This document shows positions 19,862 through 29,524 of a DNA stretch of 64,000 bases, in pieces (the first letter of the stretch is position 1; each line of letters begins with the position of its first letter). The stretch lies in UHGV virus genome UHGV-1362809; one strand, 5' to 3'. Position numbers and translations under genes: made by a program. Origin of the DNA: a virus. The notes beneath the pieces were generated by a model, which worked only from the letters and a program-made list of their open reading frames with translations, was not told the origin of the DNA and did not search any database.

Positions 19862-20499
19862 TGACTTTTATTTTATCTATTTTGTGCGGGTTTTTTGAAT
19901 CCTGTTGGCGTAGAGTATTCGGTGGTAAAGACTGTAAATATCAAGTGTTTGAAATACGTGGAGTACAACACGTTATAAACTGTTTGTTTTTAGCGGCAAT
20001 TTTTACCTACAAGTTTTGGTTTTTGCCGACTTGGTGGATACTAGCACTTTCCGTAGTGTATATGACAATTATTTGGGAGATAGAATTTTGGACTCGTGCC
20101 CATGGTCCTCAGTTTGACGAAGGCAGAGACCTTAATCCTACATCTTATGCTATTAAACGTTATGAGAGACAATGGTTTTGTCATTATCTTCTAACTCCAT
20201 TGTACAACAAAATGGGTTGGACTAAATATAAGTTTAGCTATGACTTTGTGTCAATGGCAATGAGATATACTTTCCCTTGTCTGTGGTTGACTCCATTTTA
20301 TGGTTGGAATATACTATGGATAGGTGCTTTAGTTAGTCCTATTTATTCATTTTGTTGGCAGTTCAAAGAACTGGAAAATAATAGGTATGGAAGTACTCAA
20401 TTAGCTGAATACATTGTTGGGGCATTAGTTGGTTTTGGTCTAATGTTTTTACCGACAAACGGATGGTTATTAACTTATTTAAAGGTGTCAAATGTTTAA
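19858..20499 (+). CDS. polytopic membrane protein (Trp-rich)
   Basis: Several hydrophobic segments (FILSILCGFF, LFLAAIFTY, WWILALSVVYMTII, and others). Confidence 0.5.
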   Translation: MMTFILSILCGFFESCWRRVFGGKDCKYQVFEIRGVQHVINCLFLAAIFTYKFWFLPTWWILALSVVYMTIIWEIEFWTRAHGPQFDEGRDLNPTSYAIKRYERQWFCHYLLTPLYNKMGWTKYKFSYDFVSMAMRYTFPCLWLTPFYGWNILWIGALVSPIYSFCWQFKELENNRYGSTQLAEYIVGALVGFGLMFLPTNGWLLTYLKVSNV

Positions 20500-21307
20500 G
20501 GAACAAGCAATAAGTCAACGTCAATGGGATGAAATGAAACAGTCTGAAAAGAAGGCGTTTTCAAAACAGCATCCAAACTCTAAATTCGCAAAGGCTTTTC
20601 AGTTGGCAATCTACAAAACGAAAAAGTCAAAACTGTCAAAAGAAATTAGAGAATTAAAAGTAGGCCTTACAAAACGAATTTCTAAATCCCGTAAGGAACT
20701 TTTAACCAAATCTATTAAGTCTAAACAGACCAAACTCAAAAATCTAAATACTTTGATTAAAGAATTAGAAGTTGTGAATACTGTTAAGACTGCTCCTAAG
20801 TCTTCTGCTTCTACTATAAAATCCGTTCGTACAGATGCATCAAATATGTATGACTTGCTCAATGAAATAGAAACCTTAGACTCTTGGGTAAGATACTATT
20901 ATGCTGACGACACAACAAGTCAGTGGGATGACGCAAAAAAGTATGAAAAACTATTGGCTGAAAAGGAAGAACAGTTAAAGCAACTGTTAGCTAAGCCTAA
21001 AAAACAAAAACCCCTGATAAATATTTTACAGGATTTGATCCCCTTTGTTGGATTTAAGGAATCAGAGGTACAGTTCGACAAAAAACATAATAGTATGCTC
21101 GTTCGTGCCGTACAACCTCTTAATGCCTCTGAAACTCCCTATACAATTAGTGGAAACCTTGTTGGTAAAAAGAATGGTTGGGAAATAGAGGGTAAGTTCA
21201 ACCCGTATTATGAGTCTAAACTACAAAATATTGCTAAGGTGTTATCCACCTTTGGCACAAATGTTACCAACGTCAAGAAAATACATTTTGAAATCGAAGT
21301 AAAATGA
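20492..21307 (+). CDS. KQHPNS-domain family protein 1 (Lys-rich)
   Basis: N-terminus MFKEQAISQRQWDEMKQSEKKAFSKQHPNSKFAKAF is shared with three other proteins. Confidence 0.55.
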   Translation: MFKEQAISQRQWDEMKQSEKKAFSKQHPNSKFAKAFQLAIYKTKKSKLSKEIRELKVGLTKRISKSRKELLTKSIKSKQTKLKNLNTLIKELEVVNTVKTAPKSSASTIKSVRTDASNMYDLLNEIETLDSWVRYYYADDTTSQWDDAKKYEKLLAEKEEQLKQLLAKPKKQKPLINILQDLIPFVGFKESEVQFDKKHNSMLVRAVQPLNASETPYTISGNLVGKKNGWEIEGKFNPYYESKLQNIAKVLSTFGTNVTNVKKIHFEIEVK

Positions 21308-22431
21308 AAGATATATCAAACAGATTTGGTATTTATGACCGACCACTTGATTTAGATAAACTTCCTTACACGCCGTCCTTATTCTCAATAAGTAGGTGGG
21401 GCGGTATTTTGGATAAGTCTACAACCAAGTGGTTTGGTTTTCCTTCTAAAAATTCTATACAAACTGTATGTACCAGACACTATGGGTTTTACAGTACTCC
21501 TTTAAAGTGCGTATTGCATCTGGTGCAGGACGGGGAGGTAGTTTTTAATTATATACAAGACCGAGCTATACAGGAATTTGACTTTACTTCCTCTGGTAAA
21601 TCTATTTTGGAAGTATACGTTCAGCCATCTAAAATTCAAAATCGACGTATGATATTGACTATACAATCTATAGCAAAACAGTACCAACAGTTTTTTAAAG
21701 CAAATGGTAGTTCTAAAACCTTATACTTTGACCTGTATATACCTCAGAATAATGCTTTTGTAAGACGTCAGACTTACGGGGTTTCAAGTTTTGAAAGTGC
21801 CTTGATTGACGTACAGCGAAATTACAAAGCCTATGAGTCTAATAAACTGCATACTTCCGCTCCGAGATTTAAAGTTATAAGTAAGGAGGCTTTTATGGAA
21901 CCAAAAAAGCTTAAAAAGAGATTTGAAAATATTGATATAGAAGATGCTAACTATATGTTGGACGACCAAGGCTATTTTACCAAGGATATACCTATAAATA
22001 CCCACCCAGTAGAACAGAGGGTAGGAACAGTTTTGAGTAGTTTAGAAACTGCCTGTTTGGTAGATACCTTTAATTACGGTGATGACGTGATACAGCGTTG
22101 TATGGACGTAGATAGGGGTAATAGAGTATTTTCACGTTATTATATCCTTAACAGGGATAAAGAGCTACAGCAAAAAATAGAATCCATGTTTCCTTGTACC
22201 TGTGTCGTAGTAGATAAGTGTATAAAGCAGTTATACACGGTTCCTGAGTACAGAAATAATGGTTATGCTAAAACCTTGTTGAAATTTTTATTTAGTACTC
22301 CTTCTATTTGTGATGCTAAAATAATACGGGCTGAACCTTTTGGTGATAAGTCGATGACTGCCGAGGACTTAAAAAGTTTATATAAGTCCTTAGCCCTTAG
22401 CTGTGGTAGGTCAGATATTCAAGTACTTTAG
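21304..22431 (+). CDS. protein with C-terminal GNAT acetyltransferase-like domain
   Basis: C-terminal VPEYRNNGYAKTLLKFLF resembles the GNAT acetyl-CoA binding motif. Confidence 0.5.
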   Translation: MKDISNRFGIYDRPLDLDKLPYTPSLFSISRWGGILDKSTTKWFGFPSKNSIQTVCTRHYGFYSTPLKCVLHLVQDGEVVFNYIQDRAIQEFDFTSSGKSILEVYVQPSKIQNRRMILTIQSIAKQYQQFFKANGSSKTLYFDLYIPQNNAFVRRQTYGVSSFESALIDVQRNYKAYESNKLHTSAPRFKVISKEAFMEPKKLKKRFENIDIEDANYMLDDQGYFTKDIPINTHPVEQRVGTVLSSLETACLVDTFNYGDDVIQRCMDVDRGNRVFSRYYILNRDKELQQKIESMFPCTCVVVDKCIKQLYTVPEYRNNGYAKTLLKFLFSTPSICDAKIIRAEPFGDKSMTAEDLKSLYKSLALSCGRSDIQVL

Positions 22432-22532
22432 GAGGTTAGTTATGTATGGATACCCAAGTACAAAAAATGTTATATTTATTGGAAAAACAGTAAAATATCC
22501 TGATTTAAAATTTCCTAAATAGGAGGCTTTAT

Positions 22533-23786
22533 ATGGCGATAAATATTGGAAGGGGTGTCAGACAGCAGTCCTCTGTTTTGAAACCGTCCAACTACGGTAT
22601 GTCCCATATTGCAAAAGAACGATTGGTACAGTATGTTGGCATGGCAGTGCAAAAACATATAGAGGCTGTTGAAGTAGATGGTACTCCTGCTGAAATATGG
22701 ATAAAACAAACTGGTGGTAGAGTATGTAGCTGTCAACACCCACAAATAACTACTTCTAACTCTGTTGGTAGCGACACCCCTATACATATCCAGGAAGTTC
22801 AGGAACAAAATCCTTTTACTTTTAAGATAAAATCTCCTGAGGACGTTATTGACGCAGGAGAATATTACAATGAAAATAGGGAACCTGCTACAACATTAGA
22901 AACAGACGAAGGTAATTGGACAACCCAGTTTAATACTGGTGGTTCTGGTTTAACAGACCAACCTTCTAATTTGTTGGACGAGGGTGTAGCAAGTTTATTG
23001 TTTGGTGGGGATAAATCTACCTGTGGTATTTGCTTCGGTACTGGGTGGACAGATGGTTATCGACTTGTTAATGGGCAACGTGTTGTAATAGACGCTACTT
23101 TGCCTAACAACGTGTGCATGGCGTCTATAGATGTTGATACTTTACCATATTCATTTAAACTTCCAGGAGATAATAAATCCTATATAGAATGGTTAGGTGT
23201 ACAAGTACCTAGATACTTTAAAGACGCACAATTTAGTTTGTTCAACAATACAATTCCTGTGCAGGGTGTAGTGCTGATAAGACCGTCAAATACTGAAGAA
23301 TATAAACCTTTGTCGTTGTCCAATTTGTTAGACATAAAGAGTGCTTTTATGGATGTTAAGATTGTTGGACAGTTTAACAAACCGTTGCAGTTTACACATC
23401 TTAACTTGGTATATACTACTTCGGACTTTCCAAAAATAGATACACCTCCTTTTGAAAGGTCGGAGAATTATCAGTTTTTCGAGGCTCTTATGACTACCAA
23501 CTTTGAGGTTCCTGGATCTATTCCTTATGTTGACCGTGAGTCCGTAATAGGAATTGCCAAGGAAGGTTTTTTGTGGAAAGTAAGTTCGGTAAACCAAACC
23601 ATGACACACGAAAGACAAATATTCAAGTCAACTATAACCGCTCGTCTAATTCAACGAAGTGAATGTCTATACCTGCTCAATGGATTATTTAGACCAAAAA
23701 CGGTGTATAATTTTAGGGGACTTGAACGTATACAAGGACTAAGTAATTATATCGATAGGCAGTATAAAAATATGCAAGGTGTCTAA
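22533..23786 (+). CDS. hypothetical protein
   Basis: SD AGGAGG. 417 aa. Confidence 0.55.
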   Translation: MAINIGRGVRQQSSVLKPSNYGMSHIAKERLVQYVGMAVQKHIEAVEVDGTPAEIWIKQTGGRVCSCQHPQITTSNSVGSDTPIHIQEVQEQNPFTFKIKSPEDVIDAGEYYNENREPATTLETDEGNWTTQFNTGGSGLTDQPSNLLDEGVASLLFGGDKSTCGICFGTGWTDGYRLVNGQRVVIDATLPNNVCMASIDVDTLPYSFKLPGDNKSYIEWLGVQVPRYFKDAQFSLFNNTIPVQGVVLIRPSNTEEYKPLSLSNLLDIKSAFMDVKIVGQFNKPLQFTHLNLVYTTSDFPKIDTPPFERSENYQFFEALMTTNFEVPGSIPYVDRESVIGIAKEGFLWKVSSVNQTMTHERQIFKSTITARLIQRSECLYLLNGLFRPKTVYNFRGLERIQGLSNYIDRQYKNMQGV

Positions 23787-23794
23787 CTTGGTAA

Positions 23795-23830
23795 GGGTGT
23801 GGAGGTATTTCCACACCCAATAATTTTTAT
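23795..23830 (+). terminator. rho-independent terminator
   Basis: Perfect 9-bp stem GGGTGTGGA/TCCACACCC followed by AATAATTTTT. Confidence 0.65.
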
Positions 23831-23836
23831 ATATAG
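23819..23836 (+). promoter_or_regulatory. conserved AT-rich promoter-like motif (copy 3)
   Basis: AATAATTTTTATATATAG lies about 18 nt upstream of the ATG at 23854. Confidence 0.4.
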
Positions 23837-23853
23837 TCAAAATAGGTGATATT

Positions 23854-25491
23854 ATGTATATTATTGAAGCTATAACAAAACAAGGTTGGGATAAACTTAC
23901 TCCTGCTGAAAAGAAGAAATATGCTAAACAACACCCTAACTCTAACTTTTCAAGAGCTCTTAATTTATCAATTCTTAGGGTTAAAGCTAAGGAAATAAGT
24001 GGTAAAATAGCTCAGTTAAAGGTAGATATTGTTAAGTACAAGTCTAAGGCTAAAAAATTACAGCTCACTCAAAGTATAAAGTACAATACTACTCGTTTAT
24101 CTAATATAAAAGCTGAAATAGTTAGACTACAAAAATTATTAACACCTTCTAATCAAGGTACAGTAGTTAAAGTCCCTTCCAAACCAAAAGTATCCAAGGA
24201 GCCTATTACCAAAACTAAAAACTACGACAAACTACCTATGCCTGTTGAAGACGACTATATGGATAAACGGTGGAAACAGTCTAAACAAAAAATAGAAAAA
24301 TTGTATGAATTAGAAGCAGATGAAGATGCTTTACGTCGTAAACATTTAGACTGGACTAATCAGCATAAGGATGTTGATTTTACACAGTTACCAGAGTATC
24401 AGCAGTACCATCAAAAACGGGGAGATTTGTTCGAAGAGTGTATGAAATTAAAAAAGTCTTTTAAACCGTATGATAATATGCGTTATAGACAAATGAATTT
24501 TATTGCCTCTTTAGAAGACTCAAATAAACGTGTTCGTTCTAACTTGTTTAAATACTTAGATAAATGTATGACTTCACAGCCTATATCACCTAAGGAATTT
24601 AATGAAATAAAACAGCAAGTATCTCAGTCAATAGATGATTGTGGTATAGATTATTTTATTGCGTTGGTAAATACTAATGAAGACTATGGCGACTACTGGG
24701 ATTATATAGAAAAACATCCTGAAAAGCGTAGTTTGATGGTGCCTATTATGACTCTGTTTGATGAAGAGCAAGTGACAGATGATTCTGAATTTAGTACAGT
24801 ACAACAGCAAAATGAATACTTAGCTACTCTTGCTCCGACGGTACATCTTAATTCCATCAATGATAAGAGACCTATTTGTGAACAGTTTAAAGAACTTGAA
24901 TCTAAATACGTTCCGTTTAGAGTTGACGAAATAAAAACTACCAACCAAAAGTATTCTATTGCTCGTATAAATCTTAATACTTTATCCTTAAATGCCGATA
25001 GTTTTAATAATGCCAAGCTGTATGAAGACGAAACTTATGGAGAGTTCTTAAAGGGTCAAATTAAACGGGCAAATGACATACTTACAGATAACCCTGACCT
25101 ATTGTCCTCTGAACGCAGACAGGTTCTTAACAAAATAAAAGCACTTGAGGAGTCTTTAAAGTATAGATGGTTTACCTTTAGGCAACAAGGTAAATTAGAA
25201 AGTAAATACACGATTACCCACGAATATGGACATTACTTGAGTTTTATTTCAAGATGGGCTGATTCAACAGGCAATATGATACAGCAAGTTTATAATCAGG
25301 TGTACAATAGCAACCTAAAATATAAGCTGACCGAGTACAGTATGTCTAACAGGGAAGAATTTTTTGCTGAATGTTTTAATATGTATCACTACGGTGAGCC
25401 TTTACCAGACATTTGCAAAAATTTAGTGGAAACAGTTATAGAAAAAGCTAAACAAGCTTATAAGGTATTACATGGAGAGAAGTATGTTTAA
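23854..25491 (+). CDS. KQHPNS-domain family protein 2 with C-terminal HExxH zincin-like motif
   Basis: N-terminus WDKLTPAEKKKYAKQHPNSNFSRAL. C-terminus contains ITHEYGHYLSF...W. Confidence 0.6.
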   Translation: MYIIEAITKQGWDKLTPAEKKKYAKQHPNSNFSRALNLSILRVKAKEISGKIAQLKVDIVKYKSKAKKLQLTQSIKYNTTRLSNIKAEIVRLQKLLTPSNQGTVVKVPSKPKVSKEPITKTKNYDKLPMPVEDDYMDKRWKQSKQKIEKLYELEADEDALRRKHLDWTNQHKDVDFTQLPEYQQYHQKRGDLFEECMKLKKSFKPYDNMRYRQMNFIASLEDSNKRVRSNLFKYLDKCMTSQPISPKEFNEIKQQVSQSIDDCGIDYFIALVNTNEDYGDYWDYIEKHPEKRSLMVPIMTLFDEEQVTDDSEFSTVQQQNEYLATLAPTVHLNSINDKRPICEQFKELESKYVPFRVDEIKTTNQKYSIARINLNTLSLNADSFNNAKLYEDETYGEFLKGQIKRANDILTDNPDLLSSERRQVLNKIKALEESLKYRWFTFRQQGKLESKYTITHEYGHYLSFISRWADSTGNMIQQVYNQVYNSNLKYKLTEYSMSNREEFFAECFNMYHYGEPLPDICKNLVETVIEKAKQAYKVLHGEKYV

Positions 25492-26254
25492 GGAAGAAGC
25501 AAGGGGTTTAAGTGAGGACTCCTTTAAGGCTCTCACACCAACGCAACAAATCAGATACATAAAAGACCATCCTAATTCTAAGTATGCTAAAGAATCAAAA
25601 TGGTTAAGCAGAGCTAAAAGATTAAAGGCAAATAAGGCTGTTCGTAGCACACAGCATAAAGCTCCAAAAAATGTTGTCAACCTATTTATGGACGCAGTTA
25701 AAAAATCCTTTACTCAACGTCAAAAGGCGGCTAACGCAAATAAAAAAGGTGCTATAGTAGTTAAACAGCCAAGTAAATTAACGGTGCCTCCTCCTAAACA
25801 AACCCTATTAGAACAAAAAATTGCCAAGTTAGACCCTTTGTCCTTTATTAAACCAGAGGATACTAAACGACCAGCCCCTACACAGGTAGGTCTAATTACC
25901 AGACGTTATTTGAAAGCCTTGGGATTAGATGGTTCTGTTACTACTGAAAAAGGAAGGGCTTCTTTTGTTTATATTTATTTAAACAACTTATCTCCTGATG
26001 AGGAGTATGCCTTGAATAGCAAACTGCACAGAATCTTCGTGCGTGGAACATTTGATGGTATGCAGGATTGTTATATAACAAATAATTACCGTCCTGGAAT
26101 ACCACAGGTAGATTATTTGTCGCTTACTGTAAACTATACTCCAGATGTTCAAATCAAAATGAATAAATTTATTGAGTCTAAGGGTTTCAAGGTAGTAGAT
26201 ACACTGGGCAGAGAAACAATTAGAATGGCTGAAAAGTTAGGTTTTTGGAAGTAA
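25484..26254 (+). CDS. KQHPNS-domain family protein 3
   Basis: Start ATGTTTAAGGAAGAAGCA (MFKEEA) is nucleotide-identical to the 20492 start (MFKEQA), and a GGAGAG SD precedes it. Contains IRYIKDHPNSKYAK. Confidence 0.55.
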   Translation: MFKEEARGLSEDSFKALTPTQQIRYIKDHPNSKYAKESKWLSRAKRLKANKAVRSTQHKAPKNVVNLFMDAVKKSFTQRQKAANANKKGAIVVKQPSKLTVPPPKQTLLEQKIAKLDPLSFIKPEDTKRPAPTQVGLITRRYLKALGLDGSVTTEKGRASFVYIYLNNLSPDEEYALNSKLHRIFVRGTFDGMQDCYITNNYRPGIPQVDYLSLTVNYTPDVQIKMNKFIESKGFKVVDTLGRETIRMAEKLGFWK

Positions 26255-26264
26255 GAGGTGTGTA

Positions 26265-27545
26265 ATGCCTGATAATAAAGGTATTCCTTGTTATCTTTGG
26301 TTTGAAGCTCAGGTACAGCCTGGAGTTGAACCATTTATAAAAATTCCTCAACGTATAAACATAATAGGGGAAGTTATAGGGGTTAATCCAAAATTCAAAG
26401 AAAGTTTTTTGAGAAAAGCTCTTAATATTTATTTTTTGAATGGTGTTATTCCCCTTGACGATTTAAACCAACATTGGATTAAAACAGAGTCCTTTGATAC
26501 TGGACTACGTCCTACTCTTAAGGTAAAAATACAAGCTAAGGATTTACTTAGTGCTGTTATAAATAGGGATTTTGCAAAACAGGGTACTGGGCTTAACATA
26601 ATTCGTCAAGCTGACTATGTGGCTAATAGTCCTACCCTGTATAATCAAATGGGTCAGCAGTCAGCTACTTTTGCTTCTACTAATGGAGTGGATAAGTATG
26701 GGTTTTTACTCAAACCCTTTATACTATCCAATACTGATGTTGACTGGCTTGTACGGTGTTTGCGTACTTGGACACCGATGCTTGAAAAGTACTATACACA
26801 AAAGAAAACTTTTATGGTATCCGTTGTAGGTGGTCCCAAAGTATATACTATCTTTAAACCTAAAAATCCAGGCGGTGATTACTATGACGGAGGTCGTATA
26901 AATATATACTTATCTAAATTTGAGTCCAAACCTAAGTGCATAAAAGATTTTACTCGTTTGCTGGTACATGAATACACGCACTTTTTGCAATATCTTTTTG
27001 TAAAAACAAATAAATCATTGGTATCAAGTTGGGCTAAATCAGCTCCTGTATCCAACCCAGTTAAATACTATAGTCGTATGTGGGAACGTGACGCTTATGC
27101 GGTGCAGTTTTTATGGGAATTTTTATCCTCCCATAATTTACCTTTAAAGGCTCTATCAAATGGTAAAATTCTTAAAGAACATTTTACTCCTGATGTTTTT
27201 AAAGCCTATTTAAAGACAAATTCCGATATTAAGTACCACCTAAGCCGTATGCCTAAACAAATGCGTTCTAAGTGGTTGAATGGGCTAATAATTGCTGCTC
27301 AAAAGTTTGTCAACGATATGCAAGTTAATGTTGTGGAAAGTAGTGTATCTGCTAATGATTATATAATGCTTAAGCAGTATCCTTTGCAGTATTCGTCTGA
27401 ACAAGTAAAATCTTCGTATACAGGTAACAAGTTAGACGATTTTACATACATGGTAAATGCGGAGTACTATCAGTACAATAATGTTCAGCCTGCGGATACT
27501 AAATTACCTGCTATTATGTCAAGAGTTAGCTTATATGTGGAGTAA
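26265..27545 (+). CDS. HExxH zincin-like protein (paralog of the 23854 C-terminal domain)
   Basis: Contains LLVHEYTHFLQYL...SSW. SD AGAGGTG. Confidence 0.55.
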   Translation: MPDNKGIPCYLWFEAQVQPGVEPFIKIPQRINIIGEVIGVNPKFKESFLRKALNIYFLNGVIPLDDLNQHWIKTESFDTGLRPTLKVKIQAKDLLSAVINRDFAKQGTGLNIIRQADYVANSPTLYNQMGQQSATFASTNGVDKYGFLLKPFILSNTDVDWLVRCLRTWTPMLEKYYTQKKTFMVSVVGGPKVYTIFKPKNPGGDYYDGGRINIYLSKFESKPKCIKDFTRLLVHEYTHFLQYLFVKTNKSLVSSWAKSAPVSNPVKYYSRMWERDAYAVQFLWEFLSSHNLPLKALSNGKILKEHFTPDVFKAYLKTNSDIKYHLSRMPKQMRSKWLNGLIIAAQKFVNDMQVNVVESSVSANDYIMLKQYPLQYSSEQVKSSYTGNKLDDFTYMVNAEYYQYNNVQPADTKLPAIMSRVSLYVE

Positions 27546-27550
27546 AATAT

Positions 27551-27931
27551 ATGTGGTTAGTTTGTGGAAATGAATACAGATGGGTGGATGACGATAAGTA
27601 CATATCAATTCAGCCTATTTTAAAAGAGAAGGGTATAAAATATAAGATTACTAAGTATAAACCAAAGTATGGCGAGGAAGTACTTACTAATCTACAGGAC
27701 TTACCGATTCTAGATATGCAGTATTATATTTCTAAAATCATCAAACAATACGGAATAAAAGGATTACTACAAATGATTAGAAATTCAAAAGGAACTTCAA
27801 ATGGTGTGCAAGTTTGTGTGCAAGCTAGCACCTATAAAAAGTTAAAACCCCGTTTTAAAGAAATTGAAAAGATTGAAAAGGAAATCGAGGAATCGAAAAT
27901 TGAATGCCCCGAAAATATTGAAATCGTGTAA
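27551..27931 (+). CDS. hypothetical protein
   Basis: 126-aa ORF with an acidic C-terminus. Confidence 0.4.
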   Translation: MWLVCGNEYRWVDDDKYISIQPILKEKGIKYKITKYKPKYGEEVLTNLQDLPILDMQYYISKIIKQYGIKGLLQMIRNSKGTSNGVQVCVQASTYKKLKPRFKEIEKIEKEIEESKIECPENIEIV

Positions 27932-27953
27932 ATATAAACGACGGTTAAAAACT

Positions 27954-28253
27954 ATGGGAGGTACTTTTAGTTCCTCCCTTTCTGGCAATAAATACAGTAG
28001 TAAATTATCTAATACAGGTAAATATTCCGAACAGTGGGATAGGCTCAGAAAACAACGTTTAGAAATGGATAATTACACTTGTCAGAAATGTGGCTTTGAC
28101 GGACATAAATGTCCAAATAAACTGCAAGTGCATCACAAAGTACCCTTGGCAAGAGGTGGTAAAAATAAGCTTAGCAATCTTATTACTTTGTGTGTCAAAT
28201 GCCACAAGAAACAACATTACAAGGTACTAACAAAAGGACGTAAATATGTTTAA
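27954..28253 (+). CDS. HNH endonuclease
   Basis: CQKCGF...HHKVPLARGG...NLITLCVKCH matches the HNH pattern. The track start at 27864 is an artefactual TTG in the wrong frame context; the ATG at 27954 (MGGTF) is the likely start. Confidence 0.65.
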   Translation: MGGTFSSSLSGNKYSSKLSNTGKYSEQWDRLRKQRLEMDNYTCQKCGFDGHKCPNKLQVHHKVPLARGGKNKLSNLITLCVKCHKKQHYKVLTKGRKYV

Positions 28254-28434
28254 TTTAGAACCTTTCCTACATAAAGGAATCCTAAGGCATACTATCATCG
28301 AAAAAGATGGTAACAAATACCCTGTTTGGGTGTGTTCCGCAAATGCTACGGAAAAAGATAAACAGGAATTACAAAAAATTACTGACGAATACAAAAAATG
28401 TTACGGTATTCCTTTAATCGGTTTTGAAAAGTAG
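28246..28434 (+). CDS. small hypothetical protein
   Basis: 62-aa ORF. Confidence 0.35.
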   Translation: MFNLEPFLHKGILRHTIIEKDGNKYPVWVCSANATEKDKQELQKITDEYKKCYGIPLIGFEK

Positions 28435-28444
28435 GAGAACTAAT

Positions 28445-28702
28445 ATGGACTATGAATTATACATAATTGAAAGTGCCGACCAGTTATCTGACGTACAAGT
28501 AAAAGGTACTGTTCCAGAAGGTACATTCACAGGAGGTTCTTACACGATTGTCAAAAAATTATTAGAAGCCTCCAAAGGTGACATCAGTAAGGCTATAAAG
28601 AAGTTGGTGTTTTATCGAAATAGAGCTGGTGAAAACCTAACAAACAAGACCAACATCGAAAAAGCTCTTAAGATTTTACAAAACAAGAAAGAACTTCAAT
28701 GA
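28445..28702 (+). CDS. small hypothetical protein
   Basis: ATG at 28445 follows an AGGAGAAC SD. The track start at 28424 lies upstream of that SD. Confidence 0.4.
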   Translation: MDYELYIIESADQLSDVQVKGTVPEGTFTGGSYTIVKKLLEASKGDISKAIKKLVFYRNRAGENLTNKTNIEKALKILQNKKELQ

Positions 28703-29265
28703 CACAGCTTGCGTTATTTGGATTAGAGCACGCAGACTCCAAAGTGGTTAGTCAACAAACATACAACTCTTGGTCGACTCTAGAAAAAATAAATTACTTA
28801 AAGCGCAAAGTAAAAGAGAACTATGCTTATATAAATGGGGTGCGCAGTGAGCAAATGAAGGCTAAAAGTAAAACGTATGCCAAATGGTGTGAGTCTATTG
28901 TCAAACCTGATTATTTTGACCCCGACAATAATCAATCCTGCTTAGAGGATGGAATACGTGCTGTAGATTCCCTGAGAGAAACCCAGTCAGAGGAAGGTGT
29001 GTCCCCTACTGAAATTGAAAATGAACACGCCTTTAATGCCCTTAGAAATCAAATAATGCTTAAAAATTACAACATATTTGACTATGATCCTAAGGTGGAC
29101 TTTACTAATATGTCTTTAGATGGATTTAAAGACTGGGGTTATAATCTAAATAAACGCAAACTCCAACAAGAGAAAAACAAAAAGAAAGCTGAAAAGTTGA
29201 GAAAAAGTTATACTGGTGGACTTTTCTCCCACTATAATATTCCTGACGAGGACGAGGAGGAGTAA
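28699..29265 (+). CDS. hypothetical protein
   Basis: 188 aa with an acidic C-terminus (DEDEEE). Confidence 0.5.
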   Translation: MTQLALFGLEHADSKVVSQQTYNSWSTLEKINYLKRKVKENYAYINGVRSEQMKAKSKTYAKWCESIVKPDYFDPDNNQSCLEDGIRAVDSLRETQSEEGVSPTEIENEHAFNALRNQIMLKNYNIFDYDPKVDFTNMSLDGFKDWGYNLNKRKLQQEKNKKKAEKLRKSYTGGLFSHYNIPDEDEEE

Positions 29266-29498
29266 TGCCTACACTATCTTTACAGCCCACTATTACACTA
29301 CAACCATTCGGTATTAATGTTACCGAATTAAAGATTAATGATTTTGCCTTAATAATAAATCCTTACAAACCTCCTACACCTCCTATACCCGTTGACCAGT
29401 GGTTGTTGCAACCGAGACCAATTCCTTCTGGTGTGGATAAAACTGTGTGGGACGACATTCAGTTTTGGATGGATAATAAGTATTGGACTGAAGTATAA
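29265..29498 (+). CDS. small hypothetical protein
   Basis: SD GGAGGAG. 77 aa. Confidence 0.4.
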   Translation: MPTLSLQPTITLQPFGINVTELKINDFALIINPYKPPTPPIPVDQWLLQPRPIPSGVDKTVWDDIQFWMDNKYWTEV

Positions 29499-29524
29499 AG
29501 TACTAAGTTATAAGGAATGTTATA

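Noticed and set aside
27864-27953. N-terminal 30-aa Lys/Arg-rich extension of the HNH ORF
   Set aside because: The track start is a TTG. The extension is the alternate-frame reading of the upstream gene's IEKIEKEIEE C-terminus. The ATG at 27954 is the likely start.
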